NCBI GenBank assembly: GCA_964016885.1 | Contig: OZ024744.1 | Coordinates: 118,544,001-118,608,000 of the forward strand | DNA length: 64,000 bases | Direction of reading: 5' to 3' | Source: Eledone cirrhosa | Taxonomy: Eukaryota | Shown here: one piece after another, positions 39,192 to 52,786 of the stretch | Numbering within the stretch: position 1 is the first letter of the stretch | Layout: every line of letters starts with the position of its first letter | Notes under the pieces: generated by a model | The model's database searches: none | Told to the model about the DNA's origin: nothing | The model's input: only the letters and a program-made list of their open reading frames with translations | Program-made: the position numbers and the translations under genes

Positions 39192-39200
<9 letters not shown>
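38980..39200. repeat. Imperfect palindrome, ~106-bp arms, 8-nt spacer
   Basis: TATTAGAAATGTAAGCTAT..GATGAGTAT / GTACGTCA / ATACTCATC..ATAGCTTACATTTCTAATA. Confidence 0.85.
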
Positions 39201-39254
<54 letters not shown>

Positions 39255-39998
39255 GGAGGTGAGTTTTATTGTAGTACAATAAAGCAATGCAGATATCGGA
39301 TAAGAAGCACTCTACAGTTTGTAGGACTGGAGTATACATAATATATAAGGTCCTTGAAAGACAAAAATATTAAATATAGCATCTTTTGGAAGAAGGTTTC
39401 TTCTGCGTCTCCATACTTGAACAGTTCTCTATCCAAGATTTGCAATCTCTGTCTAAATGAAAAATTTACCATTATATCTAATTTAGATTCTATAATAAAT
39501 AGACGCACTGACTTGTTTCTCTCTGCTTGCATAAATTCCACAAAACATTCCACAAAGTATACAGCTAATATCCAAAACTTTATCAATTTAGAATCTTTTT
39601 CTCAAAGGCACATATATATATATATACTTCTTTAAAAATATACCCATCTTTCTACCTTATTTCAAAGTTATTTATTATACATTATATAATACTTGTTACT
39701 CATTCTATATCACTCCTATTTATCACTTCCCTTTCTTCTCTTTTTCTTTTAATGTCTAACCCTTAATCTGTACCTTTTCTCACTGTTGCCTAACATAGAA
39801 ACAATTATTACATAATACAATACATTCTTACTCTATATCACCTTGTAAAAATCTTTCGTAAGCATAAACATTTTTTTGACGTTAGATTATTCATCCTCAA
39901 TTCATTATTTTTTTCTCCCTTTCATCTAACTTATTCATGCTCATCTCACAATATATCCTTACTTACATTACTTGTTGTTCTTTTTAATAATACATATC

Positions 39999-40160
39999 AA
40001 CATTTTCTTTCCATCGCACATATTATTAAACCCTTAAATATTATTCTTAATATATATTAACTTTTTCTTTCCATCGCACATATTATTAAACCCTTAAATA
40101 TTATTCTTAATACATATTAACATTTTCTTTTCATCGCACATATTATTAAACCCTTCAATA
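39999..40160. repeat. 60-bp tandem repeat, ~2.7 copies
   Basis: AACATTTTCTTTCCATCGCACATATTATTAAACCCTTAAATATTATTCTTAATATATATT repeated. Confidence 0.9.
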
Positions 40161-40516
40161 TACAAACCTTAACTTTACATCATTTTTCTCTTCATTAATT
40201 TTCAAATTCTTTTAATTTATACATTATCTTCCAACGGTTTTCAACCTCTCTATGTAAAACAATATATTTTTCTCAGTTATAAAAGCTATCTCTCTCTCTC
40301 TATCACCCATCTCTCCTCCTATTTCATCCTTCCTCATTATACTCCTCCCGCTCCACTTTTTACTCTCATCTCCTCCTCTTTTTCATCCTCCCCCCCCCCC
40401 CCCCCCTAAAAAAATATTTTTCCCAATATCACACATCAATCTAAAACTACTTTTCATATGTTGATTTAAAACTGCACTATCCACAAGTGTTTTTTAACCT
40501 TCATATCATGTCTTCC

Positions 40517-40587
40517 TATTTTATCTGATGAAAATACAAATATTATTGCATGATGATATTTGTTTTTGAAATGCGCATAATAAAATA
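40517..40587 (+). ncRNA. Minimal hammerhead ribozyme motif
   Basis: TATTTTAT CTGATGA AAATACAAA..TTTGTTTTT GAAA TGCGCA TA ATAAAATA, with palindromic stem III. Confidence 0.7.
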
Positions 40588-40617
40588 CATGGAACTCTTT
40601 TAACCATCTTTTGTTCT

Positions 40618-40730
<113 letters not shown>

Positions 40731-40860
40731 TTTAATTTTTTTTTTAAATAACAGATTAAAGTTTAAGCGAAGAATCGCTGCTTTCATCCTTAACGGGTTC
40801 TTCTGAAACTAAAACAATCAATCTGTGAACACAGAAGTAAATATATCGAAAAACGTTACA

Positions 40861-40909
<49 letters not shown>

Positions 40910-40913
40910 TACA

Positions 40914-40961
<48 letters not shown>

Positions 40962-41437
40962 TATATATTCATATATACACACACAGATAGTGTCATAATG
41001 TCGTAATGCAGACAGCCAGACATATAGACAGATATTATAAGGGTGCAACGTTATAGCTATGTATCTATCTAAAAAGACAGACTAAGAAAGATAGAGAGAT
41101 AGCTAACCGGCGCCTAATGCGGTCCACAGGGCATTGAAAATTTTAAATACTTTTTGCTTAAAACACTCACACGACCATAAGTATTACATGTGTAAAGTTT
41201 GAAAAAAATCGGTTGGGTGGTTCTCGAGTTTTAGGGAGTCAGACAGACATTCTCTGTTTTAGATATATAGATAATGATATTTTTGGTAGTGTTTTGTTCT
41301 TGTCAATATCTCTATTGTCACCAAGATAATGCTTCACTGTTGTTGCTAGGGCATATAAACAGGCGTTGATTTGCCAAAATGTAGGGATTTTAATCCGTTG
41401 TAAATATTCATCCCCTATTTCATCAATAACACGTAAT

Positions 41438-43627
41438 AGTCGGGGAGAAGTGTGTCCATAATGATGATGGTGTACTTGCCATCACTGATGCTGATAAGAA
41501 GGTAGCTTGGAAGTGTCACTATGAGAAGCTACTAAATGAGAATAAATGGGATACAGATAGTCTGCCCCACATCGATCCAATAGAGGGACCAGCGGTGCAA
41601 GTTAAAGGTAGTATAATAAGTAAGGCAATCAAAGATATGAAGATGGGCAAGGCAGCTGGGCCTTCGGAGATAGTTGCTAAAATGCTGAAAGCATCTGGAA
41701 CGGTGGGACACACTATGGTCACCCGGATAGTAAACCAAGTCATACAGAACGGGGTCATATCAAATGACTGGTGTAGCAGCATCATCATTAATTGCTACAA
41801 GGGTTAAGGAGATGCACTAGATAGAGGAAACTATAGAGGCATTAAATTAATTGACCAGGTCATGAAGGTCACAGAAAAAGTAATAGCGCAACTAATCAGA
41901 GAGCAAATTGATCTAGACGAATTGTAGTTTGGGCTTGTGTCAGGTAAAAATACCACAGACGCCCTTTTCCTTGTACGACAACTACATGAGAAGTACCTAG
42001 CTAAAAGTAAACCCCTATACTTAGCTTTTGTTGACTTGGAGAAAGCATTTGACAGAGTCCCCCACGCCATTATCTAGTGGGTCCTTAGAAAACTAGGTGT
42101 AGATGAATGGCTTGTGAGAGCTATACAAGCCATGTATAAAGAAACAGTCAGCAACGAATATAGTGAAGAATTTAGCGTAAAAGTAGGTGTCCATCAGGGC
42201 TCTGTCCTTAGCCCCCTCCTATTTATTATTGACCTACAGGCTATAACAGAGGAGTTCAGGACCGGCTGCCCATGGGAACTTCTCTATGCAGATGATCTAA
42301 CGCTCATAGCTGAATCAATGGCTGAACTAGAAAATAAATTCCAAACATGGAAGCATGGCCTAGAATCAAAAGCCCTTAAAGTTAACTTGTCTAAGACTAA
42401 AGTCCTAGTATGTAGGAAGGAAAATAGGGCACTGATGCCCACTGGGAAATGGCTATGCTCAGTGTGTAGGAAAGGAGTAGGCAGAAACTCCATTTTATGT
42501 CCCAAATGCAAAGTATGGGTGCATAAAAGATGTAGTGGGATCACAGGTAAGCTATCTGAGAACGTAGATTTTATATGTGGCCGGTACTCAGGTGCAATAA
42601 GTAGCAAGCGCCTACAGGATTCTAGCTCCTTCTACTGCCCAGATGGCTCTATAGAAATAGTGGACCCCTTCCGTTACATGGGTATCAGCAGTGGTGGAGG
42701 GTGCTTAGAAAGTACAGTAGCCAGAGTCAGAACAGTATGGAAAAAGTTCATAGAGCTTATACCACTATTGGCCGCTAAAGGTTTCTCTCTAAAAATGAAA
42801 GGCAGACTGTATAATGCCTGTATACGATCAACTATGTTACATGGCAGTGAGACACGGGCATTGTGTGCAGAGGATCTGCGCAGACTGGAAAGGAACGAAG
42901 CTTGCATGCTCCGCTGGATGTATAATAGTAATAGTAATAAACAGCAAAGCATAAATGAACTAAGTGAGAAATTAGGAATAAGAGGGATCAGATGCTGTTT
43001 ACTTGAGAGAAGACTACGTTGGTATGGTCATGTGATGCGCATGAAAGACGACAGCTGTATAAAAAAAGTGCAGGGCGATCAAAATTGACGGAAGTTACGG
43101 AGTTGGCAGACCCAGAAAAACCTGGGACGACTTGATAAATTCCGACCTTACACACTTGCACCTCTCTAAGACAATGTCACTGGACCGAGATCTTTGGCGC
43201 CATGCAGTAATACAGAAAACCTGCCTTGCCTAAGTACAAAGCGAAACCTACAGTCAGTAGGCACCTCTTAACCAAAATACACTCACCTCCCACTACCCCA
43301 ACTCCGCCACCCCCACCAACACCACCCATTCTCTGTAAAGTTATGTTGGTACCACAACATCCAGTCCTAAATAAATGAGGTTGTGTAGGTGTCACGACAA
43401 AAAACACAGTCCACGCTGTAATGTGGCCATGTAGGTAACACGGTAAAAACCTTCCAGTCTACACTGTAAATGTGGTTGGTGTTAGGAAGGGCATCCAGCT
43501 GTAGAAAACCTGCCAGACAGTCCTATACGAGCAAGACGACCAATCTTGACTCAAATGGGACAATTCCCGTCTAAACCCATGCTGGCGTCGAAGATAGCTG
43601 TTAAACAATGGTGATGATGATGATGAT
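41438..43627 (+). mobile_element. Degenerate 5'-truncated RTE-type LINE family A copy
   Basis: ORFs 41595-41807 and 42114-43088 are homologous to the 705-aa ORF, with in-frame stops. (GAT)n tail at ~43612-43627. Confidence 0.93.
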
Positions 43628-43761
43628 TTCATTATTTGTTTTTTTTTATTTGGTATTGTTGTTTTAATACGTTCAGCAAGAGAGATATTTATACATGAAT
43701 TAATTTCTCTCTGGAAGATTTTATTGAGGGAAAATTTCATTTGTTTATACTTTTGATTATG

Positions 43762-43791
<30 letters not shown>

Positions 43792-43792
<1 letters not shown>

Positions 43793-44858
43793 GGAGCTCT
43801 TAAGAGTCAATGGCCATCCAAAATCACCGGGAGAGATGACCCCTTAGCCTTTGTCAAGGCAGAATTCTAGGAGAAGGAAAACTCTGATATAACACCTGCA
43901 ACCTTGATGGTATCCAATGATGTTGACTTGTTCTTCTTTTTGGTAAATATCATCTTGGTTAAGAGAGTGGGACTGGCTTTGTGCAGTGCCTTTGCTCACT
44001 ATAAAAGCTTCACGGCACAGGCATTGCTTTATATCTGGAGATCTCTCTGCACTTGTCCTCACATGGTACCATGGGCCCAGCACTATGTGTCAATAATTGT
44101 CACAAGTGTAGTGTTTGTACCAGAGTTTTCAAGTCGCTGGCTGGACTAAAAAGTCACACTCATGCAGCGCTTCGGTAGGGGTTCTCCTACATGGATATAA
44201 AGTAGTGGCCGTACTCGAAAACGAGTTGGCAGCCACCATGTATGTATGTATGTATGTATGTATGTATGTATGTATGTATGTATGAGAGAGAGATGACAAC
44301 TAAACTGGCAAGAAATGGCAACTAAACTGGAAACCCCACCAAGGTTTCTTGGTGAGGAGGGTGGCTTTGGACATCCTGCAGGACTAAAAACAAAACCTGT
44401 CAAAGGGCAAAGGAGCTCTTAAGAGTCAATGGCCATCCAAAATCACCGGGAGAGATGACCCCTTAGCCTTTGTCAAGGCAGAATTCTAGGAGAAGGAAAA
44501 CTCTGATATAATACCTGCAACCCTGATGGTATACAATGATGTTGACTTGTTCTTCTTTTTGGTAAATATCATCTTGGTTAAGAGAGTGTGACTGGCTTTG
44601 TGCAGTGCCTTTGCTCACTATAAAAGCTTCACGGCACAGGCATTGCTTTATATCTGGAGATCTCTCTGCACTTGTCGTCACATGGTACCAAGGGCCCAGC
44701 ACTATGTGTCAATAATTGTCGCAAGTGTAGTGTTTGTACCAGAGTTTTCAAGTCGCTGGCTGGACTAAAAAGTCACACTCGTTCAGCGCATCGGTAGGGG
44801 TTCTACATGGATATAAAGTAGTGGCCGTACTCGAAAACGAGTTGGCAGCCACCATGTA

Positions 44859-44860
<2 letters not shown>
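43792..44860 (+). mobile_element. Tandemly duplicated (619-bp offset) bipartite RTE family B-related non-autonomous element
   Basis: 43792-44245 is near-identical to 44411-44860. Its 5' part resembles 36995-37430. Its 3' part encodes CSVCTRVFKSLAGLKSH and ends GTGGCCGTACTCGAAAACGAGTTGGCAGCCACC(ATGT)n. Confidence 0.8.
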
Positions 44861-44914
<54 letters not shown>

Positions 44915-45579
44915 TGTGTGTGTGTGATAAAGAAACATATCTATCTATGTATCTTATGTATGTATATATGTATGTCTATGTATGTTATTTGGGTTTTTTT
45001 TTGTTTTTTTTTATCGTTTCATGCCGTTGTTGTTGTAAATGTTCATTTCATTTCATTCTGAAGCTGTTGTTGCTGTAAACATTAGTGCCGGTGTTGTTGT
45101 TGTAGATGTTGGGGTTGAAATCTGGTCGTTTGACTGAGTGATGTATATATACACACATATACATACATATATATATAATGTAGGAGGTGAGTAATATTGT
45201 AGAACAATAAAACTATGCATATATCAGTTAAGTAGCACTCAGCAGTTGGTAGAACTGGAGTATATATAAAGAAGAAATTAAAAGAGGGTTAAAAAAGTTC
45301 CATATATTTTATTATGCTCATTTCGAAAACAATATGATCCTGGGACAAAAATTGTGTTCTCATCAGATAAAATAAGGTAACATGATAGGCCTAAAACACT
45401 TGTGAACAAGAAAGTGTACAGCTACATATGACAAAAATATAAGAGAATAGGAAAAATGAAGAAAAGGAAAGAAGGAAAAAGGAAAAAAAATAGAAGAGAG
45501 GAAAAAGAAAGAAAGAAGGAGGAGGGAGAAAGAGAGAGAGAGTTTTGATCGGGAATGCTGTCAAAAATGAAAAACAGCT

Positions 45580-46416
45580 GTAAATATCCCTAAATTATTT
45601 TTTAGGGCTTTAGATAACAGCTTCCCCTCCTCACATATATATAGCAAGATTTTTAATAAGCATACCATTAAATTCTCATATTCCACTACTTCCAACATTT
45701 CTAAAATTATCTCTAGACATAATTCTAAAATATTAAATAATAACTCATATGCATCCAACCATGAGAGTCATAATAACAACAGTATAAGGCCCGACGTCAA
45801 TGTAACCTCTAGGCAAAATAACATAAATATAAATATGACGTCAAACGTAACTTTGAGGAATGCTTCAAATAGTAATGTAAATCAGAAAACCTTAGCACCT
45901 CCTTTAGCTAATTCCACCACTCCAGTTCCTAATATAAATAATCCTGGGCCACTGGTAAATAACTCTGTTAATAATCTTAATCGTAAATGCAACTGCCCTA
46001 TTAGAACTAATTGTCTTCTTAGTAATGTCTGTCTCGATAAAAACCTAGTATATGAATGTAAAGTGGTAACTAGTACCAATACCTATACCTACATTGGCTC
46101 TACTTCTACTTCTTTTAAAGAAAGAGTCTATAACTATTCTTCTACATTTAAATATCCACTTAAAAGGACCAGCACCGCACTCTCAGAACTTATTTGGTCC
46201 TTAAAAGACAAAAACATTAATTACGTAATTTCTTGGCGTAAAATTTACAAGGCTTTTCCTTACTCCACTGCTTCCATATCTAGTGTTTGTAATTTATGTC
46301 TAGCTGAAAAATGTACCATTATCTCGAATTTCAACTCTTTAATAAATAGACGTACAGACTTATTTGCTATTTGTAATCATAAATCTTTAAAGACCTTTCA
46401 CAAAGTATACAGCTAA
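45580..46416 (+). CDS. Penelope-like linker plus GIY-YIG endonuclease (truncated ORF, RT absent)
   Basis: In-frame NIPKLFFRALDNSFP..KIFNKHTIKFSYS..IISRHN, then CNC..C....CL..NLVY..YIGST..FKER..TALSELIW.LK..CNLCLAEK..INRR..CNH. Confidence 0.85.
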   Translation, partial: VNIPKLFFRALDNSFPSSHIYSKIFNKHTIKFSYSTTSNISKIISRHNSKILNNNSYASNHESHNNNSIRPDVNVTSRQNNININMTSNVTLRNASNSNVNQKTLAPPLANSTTPVPNINNPGPLVNNSVNNLNRKCNCPIRTNCLLSNVCLDKNLVYECKVVTSTNTYTYIGSTSTSFKERVYNYSSTFKYPLKRTSTALSELIWSLKDKNINYVISWRKIYKAFPYSTASISSVCNLCLAEKCTIISNFNSLINRRTDLFAICNHKSLKTFHKVYS

Positions 46417-47307
46417 TGTATTCCATGAATAACGGTTAATTTTTTTTTTTTTTTGCAATTATATATTTTTTATATATATTTTTTACACATATATCTTTTC
46501 ACACATTTCATTATATTCTACAATGTATTAATTCTCTTTTCTCTACATTTTTAAGCCTTTCACCTATTTCCTCTATCGCCTTAAATTTTTCGTTCAAACC
46601 TTCGTAGATTTTGTAAGCAAACTATGACGTCATATGTCTTTCTACGTTTATAAACCTTTCTAGCAATTTCCTTTATTTACTTGTTGATATAAAATAATTA
46701 TTAATAGTATACCCCACATATATAAATTTTTAATAGTAAATTTTAATTTTGACATAGATAGAGTATTTTTATTTTTTATTTTATTTAATTTAATTTAATT
46801 TTTTTTTTAATTTTTTTTTTTTAATTTTTTTTTATTTTTTTTTTTTATTTTTTTTTTATTTTATTTTATTTTATTTTATTTTATTTTAAAAATCTTTTTT
46901 ATAATTATAATTATTTTAAATTTAATTTTATCTTATTTTATTTTATTAATACATTTTTACACTTCTTAATCTAATTGTTACTATTCAAACTCAATATAAA
47001 ATAATATACCCAGTTTCTATATTCTAGACCTATAATATTTGTAATATTAGCACATACTCCTCATCAATTTATTTATTTATTTTTTAGCCGTTAGTTTACA
47101 GCTGTTTTCGGTTTTTGACAGCGTTCCCGATCAAAACTCTCTCTCTCTCTCTCTTTCTCTCCTCCTTCTCTCTTTCTTTTTCTTTTTCCCTTCTTCTTTC
47201 CTTTTCTTCATTTTTCCTATTTTTTTCTCTTCTCTTATATTTTTGTCATATGTAGGCTGGACACTTTCTTGTTCACAAGTGTTTTTAGGCCTCATATCAT
47301 GTTACCT

Positions 47308-47374
47308 TATTTTATCTGATGAGAACACAATTTTTGTCCCAGGATGATATTTTTGAAATGCGCATAATAAAATA
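47308..47374 (+). ncRNA. Minimal hammerhead ribozyme motif in Penelope-like pLTR (better-preserved inverted copy at 45305-45374)
   Basis: TATTTTAT CTGATGA GAACACAA..TTTTT GAAA TGCGCA TA ATAAAATA. The inverted copy has stem II GAACACAA/TTGTTTTC. Confidence 0.72.
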
Positions 47375-47957
47375 TATGGAACTTTTTAAACCATCTTTTA
47401 ATTTCTTCTTTACACACATATATACACATTCAACACAGAGTAGAGAGTTTGACAACAGGTCGGTGACTTTAGTCTAGATAGGGTAATGACATGTGTAAAT
47501 GTAAATGTGGTGGCGGGGAGAGAGTGTAGACGTTATTGTGGTGGTGGGGGACAGTGAGATGTATCTAGTTCATTTGCCCGTTTTCTTCTCTTTGCAAAAT
47601 TAGAATTTTTGCCATGTTATATTGAGATGTAAGTAGATGTAAAATGTAAAATATAAATAAGGATTGCTCTGGCAAAATATACGAAAATTTTTGTGTAACT
47701 TCCACAAACTTCTGCCGTGTTATTCCCGAGTCCAGTGAGCAAAAAAAAATTGTTGTATTTTGATGTTTCAGAATACAAAAATTAATTAAAAACTTACACC
47801 ACGAAAAGACAGCATGTGTTGTCCTATCTATAAAATAACAAAACACACACAACACAACAACAACATCAACTGCCACCACCACCACCATCCACCGCCGCCA
47901 TCGCCATCACCATCACCAGCGATTGGGCCTTAAGAAAACAACAACTTTAATAATAAT

Positions 47958-48522
47958 AATTTTTCTGCTTTTGGCACGGAGCCAGCGATTGTTCCAGCGC
48001 ATTACTGGTACTCTCTTTTGTTGACTCCGTGGGGATGAAAGGCAAGGTTGACTTTGGCGGGATTTGAGCTCGGAATGTGGAGGGCCATAGCTCTATGCTG
48101 TAAAGCAATTATAATAATTGTTTCTACTTTAAGCACAAGGCCAGAAATTACCTAGTGCATTACTGGTACTTTATTTTACGACCCCGTAAGGATGAAAGGC
48201 AAAGTCAACCTCGGTAGGATTTGAACTCAGATCGTAAAGGGACGTAACTATGCTGGAAAGCATGGCGTCCGACCCTCTACCGATACTGCCAATTCACCAG
48301 TAACACGAACAGCTTCAACTATACAAACTCTTTCGAAAGTCAACAGTTGATATAATCTTGTAATCTTGTATCAGTAATTGTTTCTACTTTAGGCACAAGG
48401 CCAGCAATAACCCAGTACATTACTGGTACATTATTTTATCGATGAAAGGCAAAGTTAACCTCGGCGGGATTTGAACTCAGACCGCAAAGGGACCCTCTAC
48501 CGATACTGCCAATTCACCGCCC
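47958..48522 (-). mobile_element. Three Nin/Deu-domain-like SINEs (47958-48108, 48113-48298, 48375-48522)
   Basis: Reverse complement of the window SINE consensus. Confidence 0.82.
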
Positions 48523-48696
48523 TGTAATCTTGTATCAGTAATGACGGTAATATATATATATGTGTGTGTGTGTGTAAGTGAGTAGCATGTGTGTTTGTAT
48601 GTATGAGTGTTGGTGTGTGTGCGCGTATGTATGTCTGTGTGTGCGCGTGTGTGTATGTCGTATGTATAAGTGTCAATAAGTGAGTTTTTTTTTTTA

Positions 48697-51600
48697 TGCG
48701 CGGTGACATAGAAATAATCGGGCTGGATACCCGCTCGCACAGTTAAACCACTGGGAGTGAAGAACCCCTAGCCCTTGTCAGGGTATTCTTCTAGGAGAAG
48801 GCATCTCAGGAAACTGGGTTAACTCCGATATAAAACCTGCGGCTCAGTAGTTACCGATGATGTTGATCTTTTCTTCTTTTCGGGTTATAGCTACTGTCGC
48901 TCAGAGAGTGGGATTGGCTCAGTGCACAGTCTTTCCTCACTTTAAAAATATTCGTCACGCACAGGCATTGCACGAGTGCATTAATAATTATTAATAGTGT
49001 ACTATTATTATTATTATTATTGTTACTATTATTATTATTACTTTTGTTTTTTTTCTTTTCCCAATTCAATGATGTTCCAGAACAATGTAAAAGAGATAAT
49101 TGGCAATAAAGGTTCTGGAACAAAAGAGATAATTGGCAATAAGGATAGGGGCCCCGGTTATCACAGACTGGGCCCGCTCGTCATCGTGCCGTTGTAATAG
49201 AGCCAAACAAGGCATTTAGTCTTGGCTGCTGGAACGTACGGACGCTGCTTGACAGGGATTCCTTGGAGCGTCCTGAACGAAGGACCGCTCTTGTTGCAAA
49301 GGAGCTTCGACGTTACGATCTTGACATCGTGGCTTTATCTGAGACGAGGTTAGCTGGAGATGGTCATCTTACAGAATTTTGTGGAGAATATACATTCTTC
49401 TGGAAAGGAAGAGATGAAGGAACCAGAAGAGAGGCTGGGGTAGCATTTGCTGTTAAGACTGTTCTTGTGAATAAATTAAAAGAATTCCCAGTAGGGATTA
49501 GTGACCGTCTTATGTCCATGAGAATTCCGCGGGACAAAGGAAGATATGCTACCCTGGTGAGTGTGTATGCTCCAACTATGAATTCTGTCGATAAAGAAAA
49601 AGTGTCCTTTTACCATGCCTTGAAAGGTGTTTTAAGAAATACACCTCAGGCAGACAAAGTCATCGTGCTTGGTGACTTTAATGCTAGAGTGGGTAGGGAT
49701 TTTAACACATGGAATGTAATCAGAAGGTGGGAAAGTGTAACAACAATGGTATGCTCCTGCTGCAGATGTGTGAGGAGCTGGATCTGTGTGTTACCAACAC
49801 TATGTTCCAACAAAAGAACAAATTCAAGACCACATAGATGCATCCTGCATCTAAGGAATGGCATCTTTTGGACTACGTCCTAGTCAGGATGCGTGACATA
49901 CAGGATGTGCAGTGGGTTCGTGCTCTTCGTGGAGTTGAGTGCTGGACAGACCACCGCCTGGTACGCGCAAAAGTGAAACTAATCACTAAACGTAAAATCC
50001 GGGCTCCTGGTGTTGCCCTGCCCAGAAGATTGAATGCTGCTCGTCTTAGGGATAAAAATGTGAAGAGGACATTGCAAGAAGAGATGCAGGTTGCAGATCT
50101 TGGTGGGATTGACCGACCCTTAAAAAGTTGGTTTATGATGTAGGCAGGCGTGTTCTGGGATTGGCGCAGAGGAAACATCAGGACTGGTTTGATGAGAATG
50201 ATGTACATATAGAAGACTTGTTGGCTGATAAGAGGCGTGCTCTGTCACGCTACTTGACGGCAAAACCACAGGAGAGGAATACGTTGCATAAGGAACTCAA
50301 GGATGTGAAATCATGTGTTAGGCGGAGTCTTTCTCAGATGAAGGATCAGTGGTGGAGTGAGAAGGCTGATGAGATACAAACTGCGTCAGATTCCAATAAC
50401 AAAAAGCTGTTGTACAGTCTCTTGCATGAAGTTTATGGACCGTCTTCTTCTCTGGTGACACCGCTTCGCAGCAGGGATGGCAGAGAACTTCTTCGTGACT
50501 CACAAGGAATTCTACGAGAGCACTTACATGAACTTTTGAATCAGCCATCTGTCGTGAATGAAGATTTCCTCAATCTCATTCCAGAAAGTCCTGTGAAAGT
50601 AGCTCTCGCAGAACCTCCGACGCTTGTGGAGGTTGCAGTGGCTATTTCGAAGCTGAACAGTGGAAGATCTCCAGGTATGGATGGCATACATGCAGAGCTC
50701 CTACAATATGGTGGTGAGAGACTCCTGCAACATCTTCAATCTTTGTTTGGCAGGATATGGGCTAATGAATCCATATCTGAGGACTGGAGAGATGCAGTAA
50801 TGGTGGTCTTGTACAAGGGAAAGGGTAACAGGAATGATTGTGGGAACTACAGAGGTATATCATTGCTTTCTGTCGTAGGGAAAGTTTTATGTAGGGTGCT
50901 TCTGGACAGTCTGCTGACACACATTGCAGATTGTATTCTTCCTGAAAGTCAATCTGGTTTTCGTGCTGGACGCGGCACTACTGATATGATCTTCTCAGCT
51001 AGACAGCTCCAGGAGAAGTGCATTGAACAAGGCTTGGATCTGTATCAGGTTTTTGTCATCTGACAAAAGCTTTCAACAAATACTGTTGACAGAAATGCAT
51101 TGTGGAAGGTTCTCCAGAAACTTGGTTGCCCTGATAAGTTCCTTGCTTTAGTTAGGTCTTTCCATGACGACATGAAGCCTTGGGTTAATGTCAGAGGTAA
51201 CATGTCGGAGCCTATCTCAGTAAAAAATGGAGTGAAACAGGGGGATATTCCAGCACCAACCCTGTTTGCCATATACTTTGCAATGGTTTTCTGTATTGCA
51301 TTCAGGAATTGCGAGCATGGTGTTTACATCCGATATCGAACCTCTGGCAGCATATTTAACATCAGGCGCTTTGCTGCATAAACAAAAGTATTTACATCAA
51401 TCATAAGAGCCCTCTTGTATGCAGATGATTGTGATCTTGTAGTGCACACAGAGATTGATATGCAGCACACTTTGAATGCATTTTCTGATGCTTGCACTGC
51501 TCTAGGATTGACTGTCAGTCTCAAGAAAACCGTCGTCATGTACCAACCTGCCCCTGGTAAGCAGTACAGTGAACAAAACATCTATGTGTATGGTAAACGA

Positions 51601-52775
51601 CTTGCAGTGGTTGATCAGTTTGTCTACCTGGGAAGCACTGTCAATCGATACAGCAACCTTGATAGTGAAATCCCATTCAGGTTTAGGAAAGCAAGTGATG
51701 TTTTCGGAAAGCTAGAAAGGCGACTCTCGGGTCGGCAAGACATATGCAAGAAGACAAAGGTAAAGGTGTACAAGGTATGTGTGCTCTCTTGTCTTCTTTA
51801 TGCCTGCGAAAACCTGGGTCACATATCAACACCACCTTAAGCAATTGGAGCGGTTCAATCAGATGTGTCGCAGACGGATCCATGGTGTTCACTGGAGGGA
51901 CCACATCAGTGATGTCGAGATTTTGGAAAGCTCTATGTGTGACAGTATAGAAGCTCTTGTGCTAAAGCAACGACTCCGTTGGAGTGGTCACCTTGCCAGG
52001 ATGAAGGATTCTAGAATACCAAAACAACTCTTTTATGGAGAGTTGGTTAAAGGAAAACGACTGCCACATAAACCAAAAAAGAGGTATAAGGATTCCTTGA
52101 AAGCCTCTTTGAAAGACGCTAACATCTCTGCTGATACATGGGAAAATGTTGCTGCTGATCGTAATAAATGGAGAAAGACTGTATATGAGGGAAAAGTTGC
52201 CTTTGAGGCATCTCGAATCGCATACGAGAAAGTAAAGCGGGATGTGAGGAAGGGCATTGCTGTTGCACTTCTAGACGGCGAGGGTCCTCCTATGGTGCTG
52301 ACATTCAGCGTCTGTGCGAGACTCTGCCTAAGCAAAGCTGGACTCGAAAGTCATCTTCGCAGTCATAAAGTAAGACCAGTGGTTGACTACCAGGCTGCTG
52401 TTGGAGATGCTACTCATCATGCCTGCCAAGCATGTGGTAGAGAATGTAAATCAGCAGGAGGGCTCAAGCAACATGCAAAAGTACACGAACTTCAACCACA
52501 GCCGGTTATTCCCAGTCAATGTTTTGGTTGCCGACTCTGTGCAAGACATTGTAGATCATTGGCTGGGCTAAAAAGCCACATTCGATCGCAGCACTGTTAG
52601 TTGCTATCGTGTGTGTGTGTGTATAGATATGTTTATGGGTGTTCGCATGTGTGTGTAGATATATATATGTATATTATTATTGTTGTTGTTGTCGTTATTA
52701 TTATTATTGTTATTATAATGTTTTTTTTTTCTCGTGCAATTGCCATACTCGATAACGAGGGGGAAGCCATCATCT
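48697..52775 (+). mobile_element. Near full-length degenerate RTE/BovB-like LINE (family B): EN, RT and C-terminal C2H2 zinc fingers
   Basis: CWNVRTLLD..RPERRTALVAKEL..ALSETR, SVYAPT, LGDFNARVG, TDHRLV, NYRGISLLS, QSGFRAGRGT, GVKQG, YADD, RLRWSGHLARM, CQACGRECKSAGGLKQHAKVH and CRLCARHCRSLAGLKSHIRSQH. Frameshifted. Confidence 0.92.
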
Positions 52776-52786
52776 ATGTATGTATC

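Larger units (their letters stand above)
45180..47411 (+). mobile_element. 5'-truncated Penelope-like retroelement with inverted 5' pLTR (45270-45583 versus 47095-47411)
   Basis: GIY-YIG ORF fragment, ~310-bp inverted repeat, and hammerhead motifs at 45305-45374 (-) and 47308-47374 (+). Confidence 0.88.
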
